From the human T2T-CHM13v2.0 reference genome, Homo sapiens, in NCBI RefSeq assembly GCF_009914755.1, contig NC_060929.1: a stretch of DNA of 64,000 bases; one strand, 5' to 3'. The translations under genes were made by a program, and so were the position numbers. Position 1 is the stretch's first letter. Each line of letters opens with the position of its first letter. The notes below the pieces were generated by a model that was given only the letters and a program-made list of their open reading frames with translations, made no database searches and was not told where the DNA came from. This document shows, piece after piece, positions 12,083 through 30,559 of the stretch.

Positions 12083-12144
12083 CTGGCCTGCCATGAGAAA
12101 TACCTCAAGAGTACTCCAGAGAATTCCACAAGGCCCAGAAATAT
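12083..12144 (+). CDS. IRGM: IRGM alternative internal coding exon (LACHEKYLKSTPENSTRPRN)
   Basis: ctctcttgcag|CTG GCC TGC...AGA AAT AT|gtaagt, 62 nt, strong splice sites; peptide matches the recalled C-terminus of IRGM isoforms b/c. Confidence 0.85.
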
Positions 12145-12229
12145 GTAAGTATTTAGAAACTTTCTACAGTGAAAATACACAATGAACACTAAGGATAGAA
12201 GCAACAGCTAAGATCACTTTTTATAAAAC

Positions 12230-12847
12230 ATAGTGTGGGTCACAGCTCATTGTGATGGGGTAGGCCAAGGCATGAGATTCCAGAGAAAGAGCCCAAGGTA
12301 AAATTCAAGGGTACACTTACTTCTTAGGGTGGCTTCTTCAGCTGAGTACCAGATAAAAAGATAGCTTGTGTTGAAGCAGTATATTGTAAGACTAAGGTGT
12401 GTCTTAAACTCAAGAATTACCCTCAGAATGAAAAGCTGCTCATAAACGTGAGCAGCAGGCAAGACCTAAGACTAGTTGAGGGATCAGCAGGCTCTAGTCT
12501 CCCACTTTCTTCCCTATATAAGATGTGTGCTTGCTAGTGGATGGGCAAACTGGAGTCATCTGAACCATTAAAATTCCTGTCTTTGGATTTATAATTGAAT
12601 ATACATTAATTAAATAGTTTTGTATGACTTCACTGTCATTATTTGTATAATTGTTTATTTAAGCTTAGAACATTCAGTCAATTGTGGGAGATATGAACAG
12701 CTTTTTATCCATTTGAAAATGCCACATTGTTTTCTACATATTCCTAAAGTGAGGGTCCTCGGCATGTGTAGCAAGTGTCCTGTTTGTTGTTCCTTGTTTC
12801 GTTCATTTAAGTGTCTGTGGGTATATCTGCAAAAACTCATAAGGCAC
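12230..12847 (-). pseudogene. Decayed V2R (vomeronasal type-2, class C GPCR) exon-3 remnant, copy A
   Basis: Acceptor tttttcag|VPYEF, then LLHMPRTLTLGI...FKWI, VILEFKTHL, KCT...LWN and AVTHTM, in the order of V2R exon-3 motifs (L/VSYG, YQMAPKDTSLALG..HF.W.W, EIP.FK.F, NC...LEW, AVAH.LH). Confidence 0.55.
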
Positions 12848-13324
12848 CTGAAAAATTGTAGAAATTTATGCTTAAACCGAAATTAAGAACCTGGGTTTAT
12901 TTTAGTAAATCTTTCTCTCCAGTTTTCTAGAAACATCCTAAAGATATATATCCTTTATACAGACACTAACCTTCTCAGGAACCACACACTCCCACTGAGT
13001 GTTGCCTGTGATAGTTTGCCCTATGCAGAGGTCCATCTGTAAGTCCAACTTGCAGCCTCCTGTCCTCCTAGGTCATGTATCTAGGTCACATCACTCACCC
13101 AGGCCAGGAAAGCCCTCCCAATGGGAACCCGCTTTTAAGTTGTCCAGAGTATACCTTCTTGCTATCATATTCAACTGTATCACTCAACATGTTAAATAAC
13201 TTTCACTTTTCATGTGGGAAAATGTTTCATATTTTCATAAAGAGTACCTCATGGAAGTTAATCATCACTGAAACAAAACAACTGTGCCTTTGCTTTGTGT
13301 TGTCCTTGATTTCAAACGTCTTCA

Positions 13325-16705
<3,381 letters not shown>

Positions 16706-16759
16706 AAAATATACTTTATACTTTATATTTATACTTTATACTTATATTTATACTTTTCT

Positions 16760-19700
16760 ATGGCGGCATAGTATTCCATGGTGTATATGTACCACATTTT
16801 CTTTATCCAATCTGTCATTGCTGAGCATTTAGGTTGATTCCATGTCTTTGCTATTGTGAGTAGAGTTGCAGTGAATATTTGAATGCATATGTCTTCACAG
16901 TAGAATGATTTATATTCCTCTGGGTATATACCCAGTAATGGGATTGCTGATTTGAATGGTAGTTTTGCTTTTAGCTCTTTGAAGAATCACCATACTGCTT
17001 TCCACAATAGTTGAACTAATTTACACTTTCACCAACCGTGTATAAATGTTCTTTCTTCTCCACAACCTTGCCAGCATTTGTAATTTTTTGGCTTTTTAGT
17101 AATAGCCATTTTAACTGGTATGAGATGTTATCTCATTGTGGTTTTGATTTACACTTCTCTAATGATCAGTGATATTTAGCTTTTTAAAATATGATTGTTG
17201 GCCACATGTATGTCTTATTTTGAAGTGTCCATTCATGTCATTTGTCCACTTTTTAAATGGGGTTGTTTTTCTCTTGTAAATTTGTTTAAGTTCCTTATAG
17301 ATGTTGGATATTAGACCTTTGTCAGACTCATAGTTTGCAAATATTTTCTCCACCCTGTAGGTTATCTATTTACTCTGTTGATGGTTTCTTTTGCTGTGCA
17401 GAAACTCTGTAGTTTAATTAGATCCCATTTGTCAACTGTCACGTTTGTCATGATTGCTTTTGGTGTTTTTGTCATTAAATCTTTGCCCATTCCTATATCC
17501 AGGATGGTATTGCCTAGGTTGTCTTCCAGAATGTTTATAGTTTTGGGTTTAACATTTCAGTCTTTAATCCATCTTGGTTAATTTTTGTATATGGTGTAAG
17601 AAAGGGGTTCAGCTTCAATCTTCTTTATATGGATAGCCAGTTTATTAACCCAGCACCATTTATTGAATAGGGAGTCTTTTTCCCATTGCTTTTGTCAGCT
17701 TTGTTGAAGATCAGATGGTCCCAGGTGTGCAGCCTTATTTTGGAGCTCTCTATCCTGTTCCATTGGTCTATGTGCCTGTTTTTGTACTAGTACCAAGCCA
17801 TTTTGGTTACTGCAGCACTGTAGTATAGTTTGAAGTTGGGTAACATAATGCCTCCAGCTTTGTTCTTTTTGTGTAGGATTGCCTTGGCTACTTGAGATCT
17901 TTTTGTCTTCCATATGAATTTTAAAATTGATTTTTAAAAATAGTTCTCTGAAGAATATCCTTGGTAATTAGGTAGGAATAGCATTGAATCGGTTATTTGG
18001 TTTGGGAAGTACGCCCATTTTAATGATATTATTTTTATCCATGAGCATGGGATGTTTTTCCATTTGCTTGCATCTTCTCTGATTTCTTTGAGCATTGTTT
18101 TGTAATTCTTATTGTAGAGATCATTCACCTCTCCGGTTAGCTGTATTCTTAGGTATTTTATTATTTTTATGGCAATTGTGAAAGGGATTGCCTTCCTGAT
18201 TTGGCTCTTGGCTTGGCTGTTGTTGGTGTATAGGAATGCTGCTGATTTTTGTAAACTGATTTTGCATCCTGAAACTTGCTAAAGTTGTTCATTAGCTAAA
18301 GAAGCTTTTGAGCTGAGACTATGGGGTTTTTTAGATATAGAACCGTGCTATCTGCAAACAGAGATCGTTTTACTTCTTCCCTTCCTCTTTGGATGCTCTT
18401 TATTTCTTTTACCTGATTGCTCTGGCTAGGGCTTCCAATATTATGTTGAAGAGTGGTGAGAGAGGGTATCCTGTCTTGTGCCAGTTTTCAAGGAAGATGT
18501 CTCCAGCTTTTGCCCATGCAGTATGATGTTGGCTGTTTGTCACAGATGGCTCTTAGTATTTTGAGGTATGTTTCTTCAATATCTATTTTATGGAGAGCTT
18601 TTAAGATGAAAGCATGTTGAATTTTATTGAAAGCATTTTCTTCATCTATTGAGATAATCATGTGGCTTTTGTCTTTAGTTCCGTTTATGTGATGAATCAC
18701 ATTTATTTATTTTCTTATGTTGAAGCAAACTCACATCCCAGGAATGAAGCCTACTTGATCGTGGTGTATTGCTTTTTGATGTGCTGCTGGATTTGGTTTG
18801 CAAATATTTTGTTGAGGATTTTTGCATCAATGTGTATCAATATTGGCCTAAAGTTTTCTTTTTTTGTTGTGTCCTTGCCAAGTTTTGGTATCAGAATTAT
18901 GCTGTTTTTATAGAATGAATTGGGGAGGAGTCCCTCATCCTCAATTTTTTGGAATAGTTTCAGTAGGAATGGTACCAGCTTTTCATTGTACATACAGTAG
19001 AATTCACCTGTGAATCCATGAAGTCCTAGGCTTTTTTTGGTTGGTAGGCTACTTGTTACTGATTCAATTTCAGAGCTCATTATTGGTCTGTTCAGGAAAT
19101 CAATTTTTTCCTGGTTCAATCTTGGGAGCATGTATACGTCTAGGAATTTACCCATCTCTTCTAGGATATTTTAGTTTGTGTGCATAGAGATGTTCAAAGT
19201 AGTTTCTGATGGTTATTCTTATTCCTATGGGGTTAGGGGTAACATTCTCCTCATCATTTCTAATTGTGTTTATTTTGATGTTTCCTCTTTTTTTCTTTAT
19301 TAGTCTAGCTAGTGACCTATCTTTCTTTTCAATTTTTTCAAGAAAACCAACTACTGGATTTATTGACCTTTTGAATGATTTTTTTTGTGTCTTGATTTCC
19401 TTCAGTTCAGCTCTGATTTTGGTTATTTCTTGTCTTTTGATAGCTTTGGAGTGGATTTGTTCTTGCTTCTCTAATTTTTTCCATTGTGATGTTAGGTTGT
19501 TAATTTGAGATCTTTCTAATGTTTTGATGTGGGCATTTAGTGCTATGAATTCCCCTCTTAACACTGCACAAGAGTTCTGAATTAGGTTGAGCTGGCTGAA
19601 ATGACAGAAATGCAATTCAGAATATGGACAGAAACAAAGATCATGAAGATTCAGGAGAACAACAAAACCCAATCCAAGACAACTAAGAATCAAAATAAAA

Positions 19701-21295
19701 CAATACAGGAGTGGAAGGATGAAATAGCTGGTATAAAACAACTTAATGGATCTGACAGAGCTGAATAACACAATACAAGAATTTCACAATGCAATCACAA
19801 GTAATAACAACAGAATAGACCAAGTAGAGGAAAAAATCTCAGAACTTGAAGACTGGCTCTCTGAAATGAGACAATCAGACAACAATAAATAGGAAAGAAT
19901 TAAAAGGAATGAACAAAACCTCCAAGAAGTATGGAGTTATGTAAAGTGTCTAAATCTATGAATCATTGGCATTCTTCAAAGGGAGGAAGCAAACAACTTG
20001 GAAAATGTATTTCAGGCTATCATCCATGAAAACTTCCCCAACCTTGCTAGTGAGGCCAACAATTAAATTCAGGAACTACAGAGAACTCCTGCAAGATTCT
20101 ACAGAAGAAGATCATCACCAAGACCCATAATTGTCAGGTTTTTCAAGGTCAAAATGAAAAAAAAAAAAAAAAGACTGTTAAAGGCAGCTAGAGAGAAATG
20201 ACAGGTCACCTGCAAAGAAAACTTCATCAGGCTAACAGTGGACCTCTCAGCTGAAACCTTACAAGCCAGGAAAGATTTAAACCTGCCTCACATGAGGTCT
20301 TGAAAGGAGTGCTAACTATAGAAAGGAAAGACTCCTACCAGCTAATACCAAAGCACTCTTAAATACAGAGACCAGTAACACTATAAACCAACCACACCAA
20401 CAAGCCAGCATAATAACCAGCTAAGAGCACAATGACACACATCAACAATAACCTTGAATGTAAATGGGCTAAGTGCCTCCACTTAAAAGGCACTGAGTGG
20501 CCCGCTGGATAAAAAAGCAAGACCCAATGGTATGGTGTCTTCAAGAGCATATCACACATAATGACACCCATAGTCTCAAAAAAAAGGGATGGAGGGAAAT
20601 TTACCAAGCAAATGAAAACCAGAAAAAAGCAGGGATTGCAATTCTGATTTCAGACAAGAAAAAACAAACAAACAAACGAAAAACAGACTTTAAACCAGCA
20701 AAGATTTAGAAAGACAAAGAAGGGCATTACATAATGGTAAAGGGTTCAATTCAACAAGAAGGTCTAACTATCCTAAATATAAATGCAGCCAACACAAAAA
20801 AAGCAAGTTCTTAGAGACCTACAAAGAGACACAGACTCCCACATAATAAAAGTGGGAGACTCTAACACTCCACTGATATTGTTAGATAGATCATTGAGGC
20901 AGAAAATTAACAAAGATATTTAGGACCCAAACTCAACATTGGACCAAATGGATCTGATAGAATGGATCTATAGAACTCTCCACCCAAAAATAACAGAATA
21001 TACATTCTTCTCATTGCCACATGGTGCACACTCTAAAATTGGCCACATAATTTGACATAAAACAATCCTTGGCAAATGCAAAAGAACGAAAATTATACCA
21101 AACACACTCTCAGACCACAGAATAATAAAAATAGGAGTCAAGACTGAGAAAATCACTCAAAACCATGAAAATTAACATGGTTCTGAATGACTATGGGGTA
21201 AATAATGAAATTATGGCAGAAACCAAGAAGTTCTTTGAAACTAATGAAAACGAAGATACAACATACCAGAATCTCTGAGACACAGCTAAGGCAGT
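16760..21295 (-). mobile_element. L1 (L1PA/PB-like) with 5' inversion: minus-strand ORF2 16760-19567 plus inverted ORF1/EN piece 19573-21295
   Basis: Plus piece ends at ...DTAKAV and the minus piece starts at AVLRGEFIALNAHIK, so the two are contiguous in L1 coordinates. Confidence 0.9.
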
Positions 21296-21299
21296 TCAT

Positions 21300-24140
21300 T
21301 GAATTTTACACAAAAAATATTGGCTGATATTTTGATAGAGATTGTGTTAAATCTATGGACGAATTTGGGGAGAATTAATATCTTAACAACATTGAGCCTT
21401 CCAACCAATAAACTAGATCTATTTCTCTATTTTGGTCCTTCTAAATTTCTTTCAGCAATGTTCTATAATTGTCACATATTTTATTATGTCTATTCATGTT
21501 TCATATTTAAATGCTATTGCAAGTAGTATTGTTTTCAAATTTCAATTTCTGATTGTTTATTGTGGAGTTTTGTCTATTGACCTTGTATCCTAAGATCTTA
21601 CTAATCTCAAATATTAGTTGTTAGTATTTTTTTTCAAGATTTAAAATTTTTTACATACATGACCGTATTAGTTCGTTTTCATGCTGCTGACAAAGACATA
21701 CCCAAGACTCTGCTGTTTACAAAAGGAAGAGATTTAATGGACTCACAGTTCCACATGGCTGGGGAGGCCTCACAATCATGGCAGAAGGTGAAAAGCACAT
21801 CTCACATGGTGCCAGACAAGAGAAGAGAACTTGTGCAGGGAAACTCCCCCTTTATAAAACCATCAAAGCTCATGAGACTTATTTACTATCACAAGAATAG
21901 CACAGGAATGACCTGCTCCCATAATTCAATTACCTCTCACCAGGTCCCTCCCACAACATGTGGGAATTGTGGGAGCTACAATTCACGATGAGATTTGGGT
22001 GGGGACACAGCCAAACCATATCAACTAGCATATCATCTGCAAATAGAGTTTTACTTCTTTTTTTCCAAACTGAATGCCATTTTTTGGCTATTGTACTGCC
22101 TTGGACCTCCAGTATATTGATCACTAGAAATGACAGAGAAGACATCCTTGCTTTGTTCTTTATTTTAAAAAAACACTCAGTCTTTCACTATATGATATTA
22201 ACTGTAGGGTTTTCACTTCCTTTTTATCTATGAAGAAGTTCCTTTTTAGATGATTTTTGTCAAATACTTTTTTTCATCTTTTGAGATAATATGGTTTCCC
22301 TTTTTGTTTGCTAATGTGGTGACTTACATTGATTGATTTTCAAATGTTAATCTAACCTTGCATTTCTGAGAGAAAACCTACTTGGGTCTTGATGTATTAT
22401 CCTTTTTATATAATGTGATATTATTGTTTAGACTTTTGCATCAATAGTTATGAGGGATATTGGTCTGTAGTTTTATTTTCTTATAATATCTTCTGGTTTT
22501 GTATCATGGTGATGCTGACCTAATATAATGAATTGGGAACTATCCCTTCCTCTTCAATTTTGTGGAAAAGCTTGTATAGAATTTGAATTGTTGCCTCTTT
22601 AAATATTGTTTGGTTTGAGACAGTTCACCAGTGAAGGTCTATGATCCTGAATTTGATAAGGTTTTACACTACAAGTTGAATTTTAAAAATTGATATAGGA
22701 CTATTTATGTTAATATCTATTTCTTCTCGAGTAAGGTGTGGTAGTTTGTATCTTTCAAAGGATTTGTCCACTTCATCTGTTATCAAGTTTATTGGTATTA
22801 AGATGTTCATAATCTTCCCTTATTATTTTTTTGTATGTCTGTAAAGTCTGTAGTAATGTCACTTCTCTCATTTCTGATTTGAATAATTGTGTCCTCTCTT
22901 TTTTCCTGAGTCTGACATATCTATCTTCTCAAACAGTCAGCTTTTGATGTATTTTCTTTTTTTCTATTTAATTTATGCTTTGAACCAATCATTCTGCTGT
23001 TTATAATGCATTTCATTTTTTCCTACTCCTATCTTCTTAAGGTAGAAACTGATTCATTGAGACTTTTCTTCTTTTCTAATGCATTCCTTTAGCACTTTAA
23101 ATTTCTCTTTAAGAACTACTTTACGGACATTTCACAAATGTTGATATAGTTGTGTTTTTATTTTCATTAAGTTCAAAATGCTTCATTTCCTTTTTGATTC
23201 ATTCTTTGACTAATGGGTTATTTAGAAATGTGTTATTACTTTCCATATATTTGGTATTTTCCACATATTTTCATGTTATTTATTTCTAATGTAATTGATT
23301 TCTAATGAATTAAATTAGAATCACATGAGAATGAGTCACCTTACCTTTTAAATTTATTGCTCTGTCTTGGTAAATGCTTCACATGGACTTAAAAATGTGT
23401 ATTGTACCATTTTGGGGTGGGATGTTCTACAAATGTCAACTAGGTCAAATTGGTTGATTTTGCTGTTCAAGTCTACCTACTATAACCTTACTAATTATCT
23501 TCTCATTCTCTCAATTAGTGAGAATGTATTGAAATTTCTAACTGTAATTGTGGATTTGTCTATTTTTCCTTTGAAGTTTTATCAGTTATTGCTTCATGTA
23601 TGGTGAAGCTCTGCTATTAAGTGCATAAGTGTTTAGGATTATGTTCTCATGATAAACTGATTCCTTTATCACTATGAACTGGTCTTTTAAAAATCTCTTA
23701 GTTAGTATTTATCCTGAAATATATTTTATCTGATATTAACATAGGCCTTCCAGATTTCTTTTGTGTTATCATAGTATATCTTTTTTCCATTCTTTTACTT
23801 TGAATCCATTTATGTCTTTACATTTAAAGTGTGTTTCTTGTAGGCAGCATATAGTCTCTGCGTTTTTATCTAATATGACAATCTCTTCCCCTAATTGGTG
23901 TCTTTAGATCATTTATGTTTAATCTGAGTATATCATTAGATTAAGACTATCATTTTGTTTTCTATTTGTTCTGTTTTTTGTTCTTTTTCTACCTTGTTTT
24001 GGATTATTTGTTATGATTACTTCTCTTCTTTTTGGATTTAAGCTATAACTCTGTTTTGTTATTTTAGTGGTTTAGCATTTGTACTACACATTTTTAGCTT
24101 TTCCCAATCTACTGCCAAGTTATATTGTGCCACTTCATGT
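21300..24140 (-). mobile_element. Ancient L1M fragments
   Basis: T-rich plus strand with decayed L1 ORF2 similarity. Confidence 0.75.
21664..22023 (-). mobile_element. THE1 (MaLR) solo LTR
   Basis: gtattagttcgttttcatgctgctg...ggggacacagccaaaccatatca. Confidence 0.92.
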
Positions 24141-24405
24141 ATAGTAAAAGAGACAATATGAACATGACCATGTTTTGCCAGCAGATGACCATGTAGCCAT
24201 TCCAATGACAGGCACTGATTTTGGCCTATCTCTGGCAGCTGTAATTGTGTATGATATGGCACTTTTCAGGCAGCCACATCCATGAACACGCTGAGATTTT
24301 CCGTAGATGTGGAATTTCAAAGCAGTGTTAGACATTAAATCAAGCTTCCTGTTGGTCTTCTCAACAACAAAATCCAGGGCCAGGATCTTTTAATTTTTTG
24401 GCAAA
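24140..24405 (-). pseudogene. Decayed V2R exon-2 remnant, copy A (possibly an annotated VN2R pseudogene)
   Basis: Acceptor tttttttgctag| then LPKN*KILALDFVVEKTNRKLDLMSNTALKFHIY...WLPEKCHIIHNYSC(frameshift)RPKSVPVIGMATWSS versus V2R consensus PKNYQ.ILAL.FA.EEIN.NPDLLPN.TLGFHIY...WLSG....IPNYSC....KSVAVI. Confidence 0.8.
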
Positions 24406-25261
24406 CTAGCAAAAAAAGAGTATCATCAACCAGAACACAACTCCCAAGGGACTAAATTTCTATACTTTCCAATCCTACAGGGTCAAAGCTCAGGGCATTC
24501 ACTGAATATTTAGCATCAATCACATCCCCAATGTTCTGCAGATAAGAATCATCTTAACTCATTTAAAGATCCAACATGATTATCATAGGTCTGTATTCCC
24601 AATAAACTATCTCACTGTCAGGATGTATAAGTCATTTTTGAACACTAAAACATAAGGATTAAGATTAAATTTTTTATTAAATGGTGACATTAAGTGTTTT
24701 TATGGAGTTTTTTTTTTTCAATATTGAAGTTTGGCTAAATAATAGGAGCATCTGCATGCAAGCATCATGTATCATGAACCAATTCAGAAAACGGTGTGGA
24801 AGATTAACTGTGTTAATTACAGAAGGGAAAGGGAGGCAGGAGAGGCAGCATAACATAATTGTTAAGTGTGTAGACTCTAGAATCAGAATATCTGAGTTTT
24901 AATTAATCTCTCCAAATTATTTAGATATTTTGCAAAACCTGTTTATTAGGTCTAGTAAATATTTTGTGCAGTTTTGAGATCTTCTACATAGAAGGATATG
25001 TTGTCTACAAATAACAACACTTTTATCTCTTCCTTTCCAGGTTGCAAGCCCACTCCCTACTTTGCTTTTCTTATTGCACTGGCTAAATTCACCAGTGTAA
25101 TGTTAACTAGAAAGAGTCAAGTAAATATTCTTGCCTTTTTCCAGCCATTAAATATGATGTTTACTGTAGGTTTTTTATCTATGCCCTTTAACTATTTGAG
25201 GAGGCTGCCCTTTATTCCCAGTTTACTTAAAGGTTTATTATTTTTTCAATCTACAATACAT

Positions 25262-25396
25262 TTTTTTGAGACAGGGTCTCATTCTGTCACCCAGGCTGGA
25301 GTGCAGTGGTGCAATCACTGCAGCCTTGAGCTCCTGGGGTCAAGGTGTCCTCCCACCTTGTCCTCTTAAAGTATGGGGATTACGGACATGAGCCAC
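25262..25396 (-). mobile_element. Alu monomer (FLAM-like) within old L1M sequence
   Basis: Single Alu arm with T-tail on the plus strand. Confidence 0.8.
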
Positions 25397-27517
25397 AATT
25401 TTCTTGTTTTGTTGTTCCTATTTTGTGTGTTTTCCTATTTCTTCATCTTCTTTTATTTTTATCATGTCCTTTTTATTTTTTTGGAGTTAGATCACAGCGT
25501 TTTTTTATTCTAACCTATTGAGACTGTTGCTTAGGTATTTTCAGGCTTTCTTTTTGCCTGATCTATACTTACTGCTATACATTGTCCTCTATTATAGGTT
25601 TAGGCAGAGTAAATTTTGTGAATGGTATGCAGTAAATTTGTTTTTTCTTTGTTTTACCCATTTGGATAACTGAGCCAGAGGCATTACTGAAAAGGTGAGT
25701 TTCCTCCCATTGTTCTAGAATGCCAACTTTGTCATAATTCAAGTGTCTACAGGTAATTATCAGTTTTCAGATTCTCTTTTACCATTGATCTACATGATTA
25801 CTCGTGTAACACCACATTGCCTTAATTACCACTGTTTTATAAGAAGTCTAATAAGTTATCCAAATTTGTTCTTCAAAAGTGTCTTAGCTACTCTTGCCTT
25901 GGGGCATTTCTGTATATCATTTTAGAACCAAATTATAAGATTTTTATAAAAAAGGTTGTTGAGGTGTTGATATAAGGTTCATTGACTACTGTGAAAAACT
26001 GATGTAATTTTGTTGAGGAGTGAAGAATATGACTAATCACACGTATTAGATACACTGTCAGGGCAACCATAGGATGCACAGATTAAAAAATATATAAAGA
26101 ACAGACCATCAGAGTAAGCCTGATAAAAGAATTATGCAAAACAAGACATCAGAGTAAGCTCAATGTAACTATTGATGAAAACTAGGTATCTGCCATTTAC
26201 CAACAGAGGGGAAGCTTAGTTCCACACAACTGTAGCTTCAGTTCCATATAAATAGAGCTAAAAATCCACTAGTTTTATAGCCATGTGCTAGCTACCCAAA
26301 TGCTACATAGTATTTTTATTTCTGTTATTCAACAATAAAATTAGCAGATCCATTTTATGAATGGGTTTGCTCTTTTGGATTTCTCTTTTCCCACCCCAAC
26401 AATATATAAATCACCTGGGATGTGGGGGGAGTGATATCTTTAACATTGAGTTCCCACATCCCTGTCCAGTGAATGGCATCTTTAATTCTCAGTTCCCACA
26501 TCCCTGTCCAGTGTGCCCTCTACTCTACAGTTGTTCTCAACTAGAGGAGCCCCATGTTTTCACAACAGACAGTTTAGCCAAGCAGGAAGGGGATCAAGTG
26601 GATAGGAAATCAAGCAGGAAATATGTGCAGATGCTGTGTTTATCACACAGGTATTCTCATCCTTGCCAAGTATGCTCTCCTGCAGGTCACTTCCAGCAAG
26701 GGTGCTCATCTAAAAATGCTTATGGGGGAATGGATGGAATGACAGATAGTAGGTGTTATCTTAGAGGCCTCCAGTTCTCAAGGCTATACAGGCATTACTT
26801 CTCACACCAAGAGTTTTCCCCTGTAAGTTTTCAGGGCAAACAGTTGGGGCTTCAGGGAAAGGATCACAAAGAAGTGAAGAGACATTAGGCAGGGTCTTTA
26901 TGTGCAATCACCACGGTTTATGTAAGTATATGAAAATAAATCCAAGTATTAAAAAACACAACCTTAACATAGCAAAAATAAGGCCACCAGGATCAGAAGA
27001 CAGTAAAATGAGCCACTTATAGGGATAGGCAATCAAAAGCAGAGTGTCCAGAGGGAAAAGCAAGCTCAGACGTGGTTTTTACACATTAGTCTTAACATCT
27101 AATGCTTCAAGATAGAGAGTAAAGATTTAAAAAGTACTAATATTAACTGAAAATGAGCTCTGCATTGTATTTGTACTTACTGATAAAAAATACTCAGCTA
27201 GGAGAAGTATGTTTGCCTAAAGTCACACAATCTGTGAGGCACTGAGCCAGGATTAAACCCAAGGCCATCTGGCCTCAGTGCCAATGTTTTTCAGCTCCAA
27301 GTTCCCAGTTGGGAAGAGTAAAAGGGAGACCTGCTCAAAATGCATCAATCTCAAGGTCCTTCCAGAGATGCAGGTCAACTTATATGCTTGAGATGGGAAA
27401 ATGCATACAGATCAACTTTACTGAATCTGATCAACCTATCATTCCATTTTTTGTACAAGAACTTTACATGTAGCTTTAGGGGTCATGCTCAAGCCCCTTC
27501 TTAAAATAGTGTATAGG

Positions 27518-27528
27518 TTTTATTTTAT
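27518..27528 (-). terminator. ZNF300: Candidate ZNF300 poly(A) signals (AATAAA twice)
   Basis: tttattttatt on the plus strand, about 400 nt past the stop; a longer 3' UTR is possible. Confidence 0.4.
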
Positions 27529-27921
27529 TGTTTACTTAAGCTTTCTTCCACGTCTTTTATAGAAAAATTAGTTTATGGCCATAATTATGACAAGCTAATA
27601 TTAGCAGTTTCACAATGGCTGATTATCATTTTGTAGTATAAGGAATATGCAACTTGACAATATTCTGTATGCTTAACTTGCTGTGCTGATCACTGAGTTC
27701 ATAACTTTAAAAGCTTTACATGCCATATTAAAAATGTTCTTCATTTATATAACTATTTTCCATCATCTTTGCTGGAAAAGTTAGGCATCACCAAACTAGA
27801 AACAAATTCCCTTAAAAATTTTTATCTATTGGGATGTTGTCCCCAAGCTTATCAAATTAATTGGGTTTCTAGTAATTATTAAGGCTTGAGCTAATACTAA
27901 GGCTTTTCTGTGGCCAGTTCA

Positions 27922-29493
<1,572 letters not shown>

Positions 29494-30559
29494 TTAAGAG
29501 TCATCACAAGAGTCAATTAAGAGGGTAAAGAAGTAGAACAAATGGATGATCCAACATAGTAGATGAACTCACAAAAAAAGGATGGAAACAGGTCATCTCA
29601 GAAGACAGTACAGCATATAGTGTTATCAGGTGAATAGACAGACAAGAATGTTAAACAGAAATATTCATGTAAAAACTAAACTTAAAAGAGATGAAAAAGT
29701 GGGGTCTCATCACTAATTTTTGATTATTCTTCTAGAATATTTCACTTCTGCTTTCTGAATAGAAACCCCTTTTCACCTTTTAATTTCATTTATATTATAA
29801 ATCATGTGCTACACATTCTTATTATCCTACCATCACTCTAAAAAACAAGGTATCTTCTGTATGCAAAATACTTTAACTCTCCTCCATCTATTTTCCTAAC
29901 AACTAACAAATAATAGAAAAATCCAATATCCTGCTACAGATTCAGTATCAGAGTCAAACTGAGAATACAGACGTAAATTCCACTACTCCCAATAAACTAC
30001 TTTCTATACATGTCAAGTAAAACTAGTAAAGTTCTCCCAGAAAAGCTGTATCTTCCTGACCCTAAGGTTTTGTTCATATACTCTCTCTCCAACACTGCTT
30101 GCCTTCACCCTCCTCCTTCAGCCTCATCAGCATTTATGTCATTCAGAGCAGTTACAGTTGCATGCTCTGAAAAATGTTTCTCAAATACGCTCACATCTCT
30201 TTAGACTCTTAATTTTCTCTGAACTTCTAAAACAGTAACTGTATTTGACATTTAATTTAATACAGTCATTTATCTGGGAATATTGCCTTTTAAAGCACAG
30301 CTTGTGTTCTTGAAAGGAATTTGCCTTCTATTGCCTTTAAAACCCTTTCAGGAAAGACAACAAATATAAACATATATATATACACACAAGAGACAGGATC
30401 AACAACAAATAGAACTCCTCTGAAAGGCTTCACAATTACTTGTTGAGTGACTACTAAATTCTCAGCATAGAAGCAAAGAATAGGAGATTTTGATAAGGAT
30501 AGAAACATAAACCTCAGGCACCAATCAATTAAAAAAACATAAATTGATATTTCACTTCC

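Noticed and set aside
12850-12886. Possible further IRGM acceptor (tgtag|aaatttatgc)
   Set aside because: No polypyrimidine tract, and the peptide does not match my recollection of an IRGM isoform end
26361-26888. 175-aa plus-strand ORF
   Set aside because: No recognisable domain; contains a local duplication; compatible with chance in unique sequence
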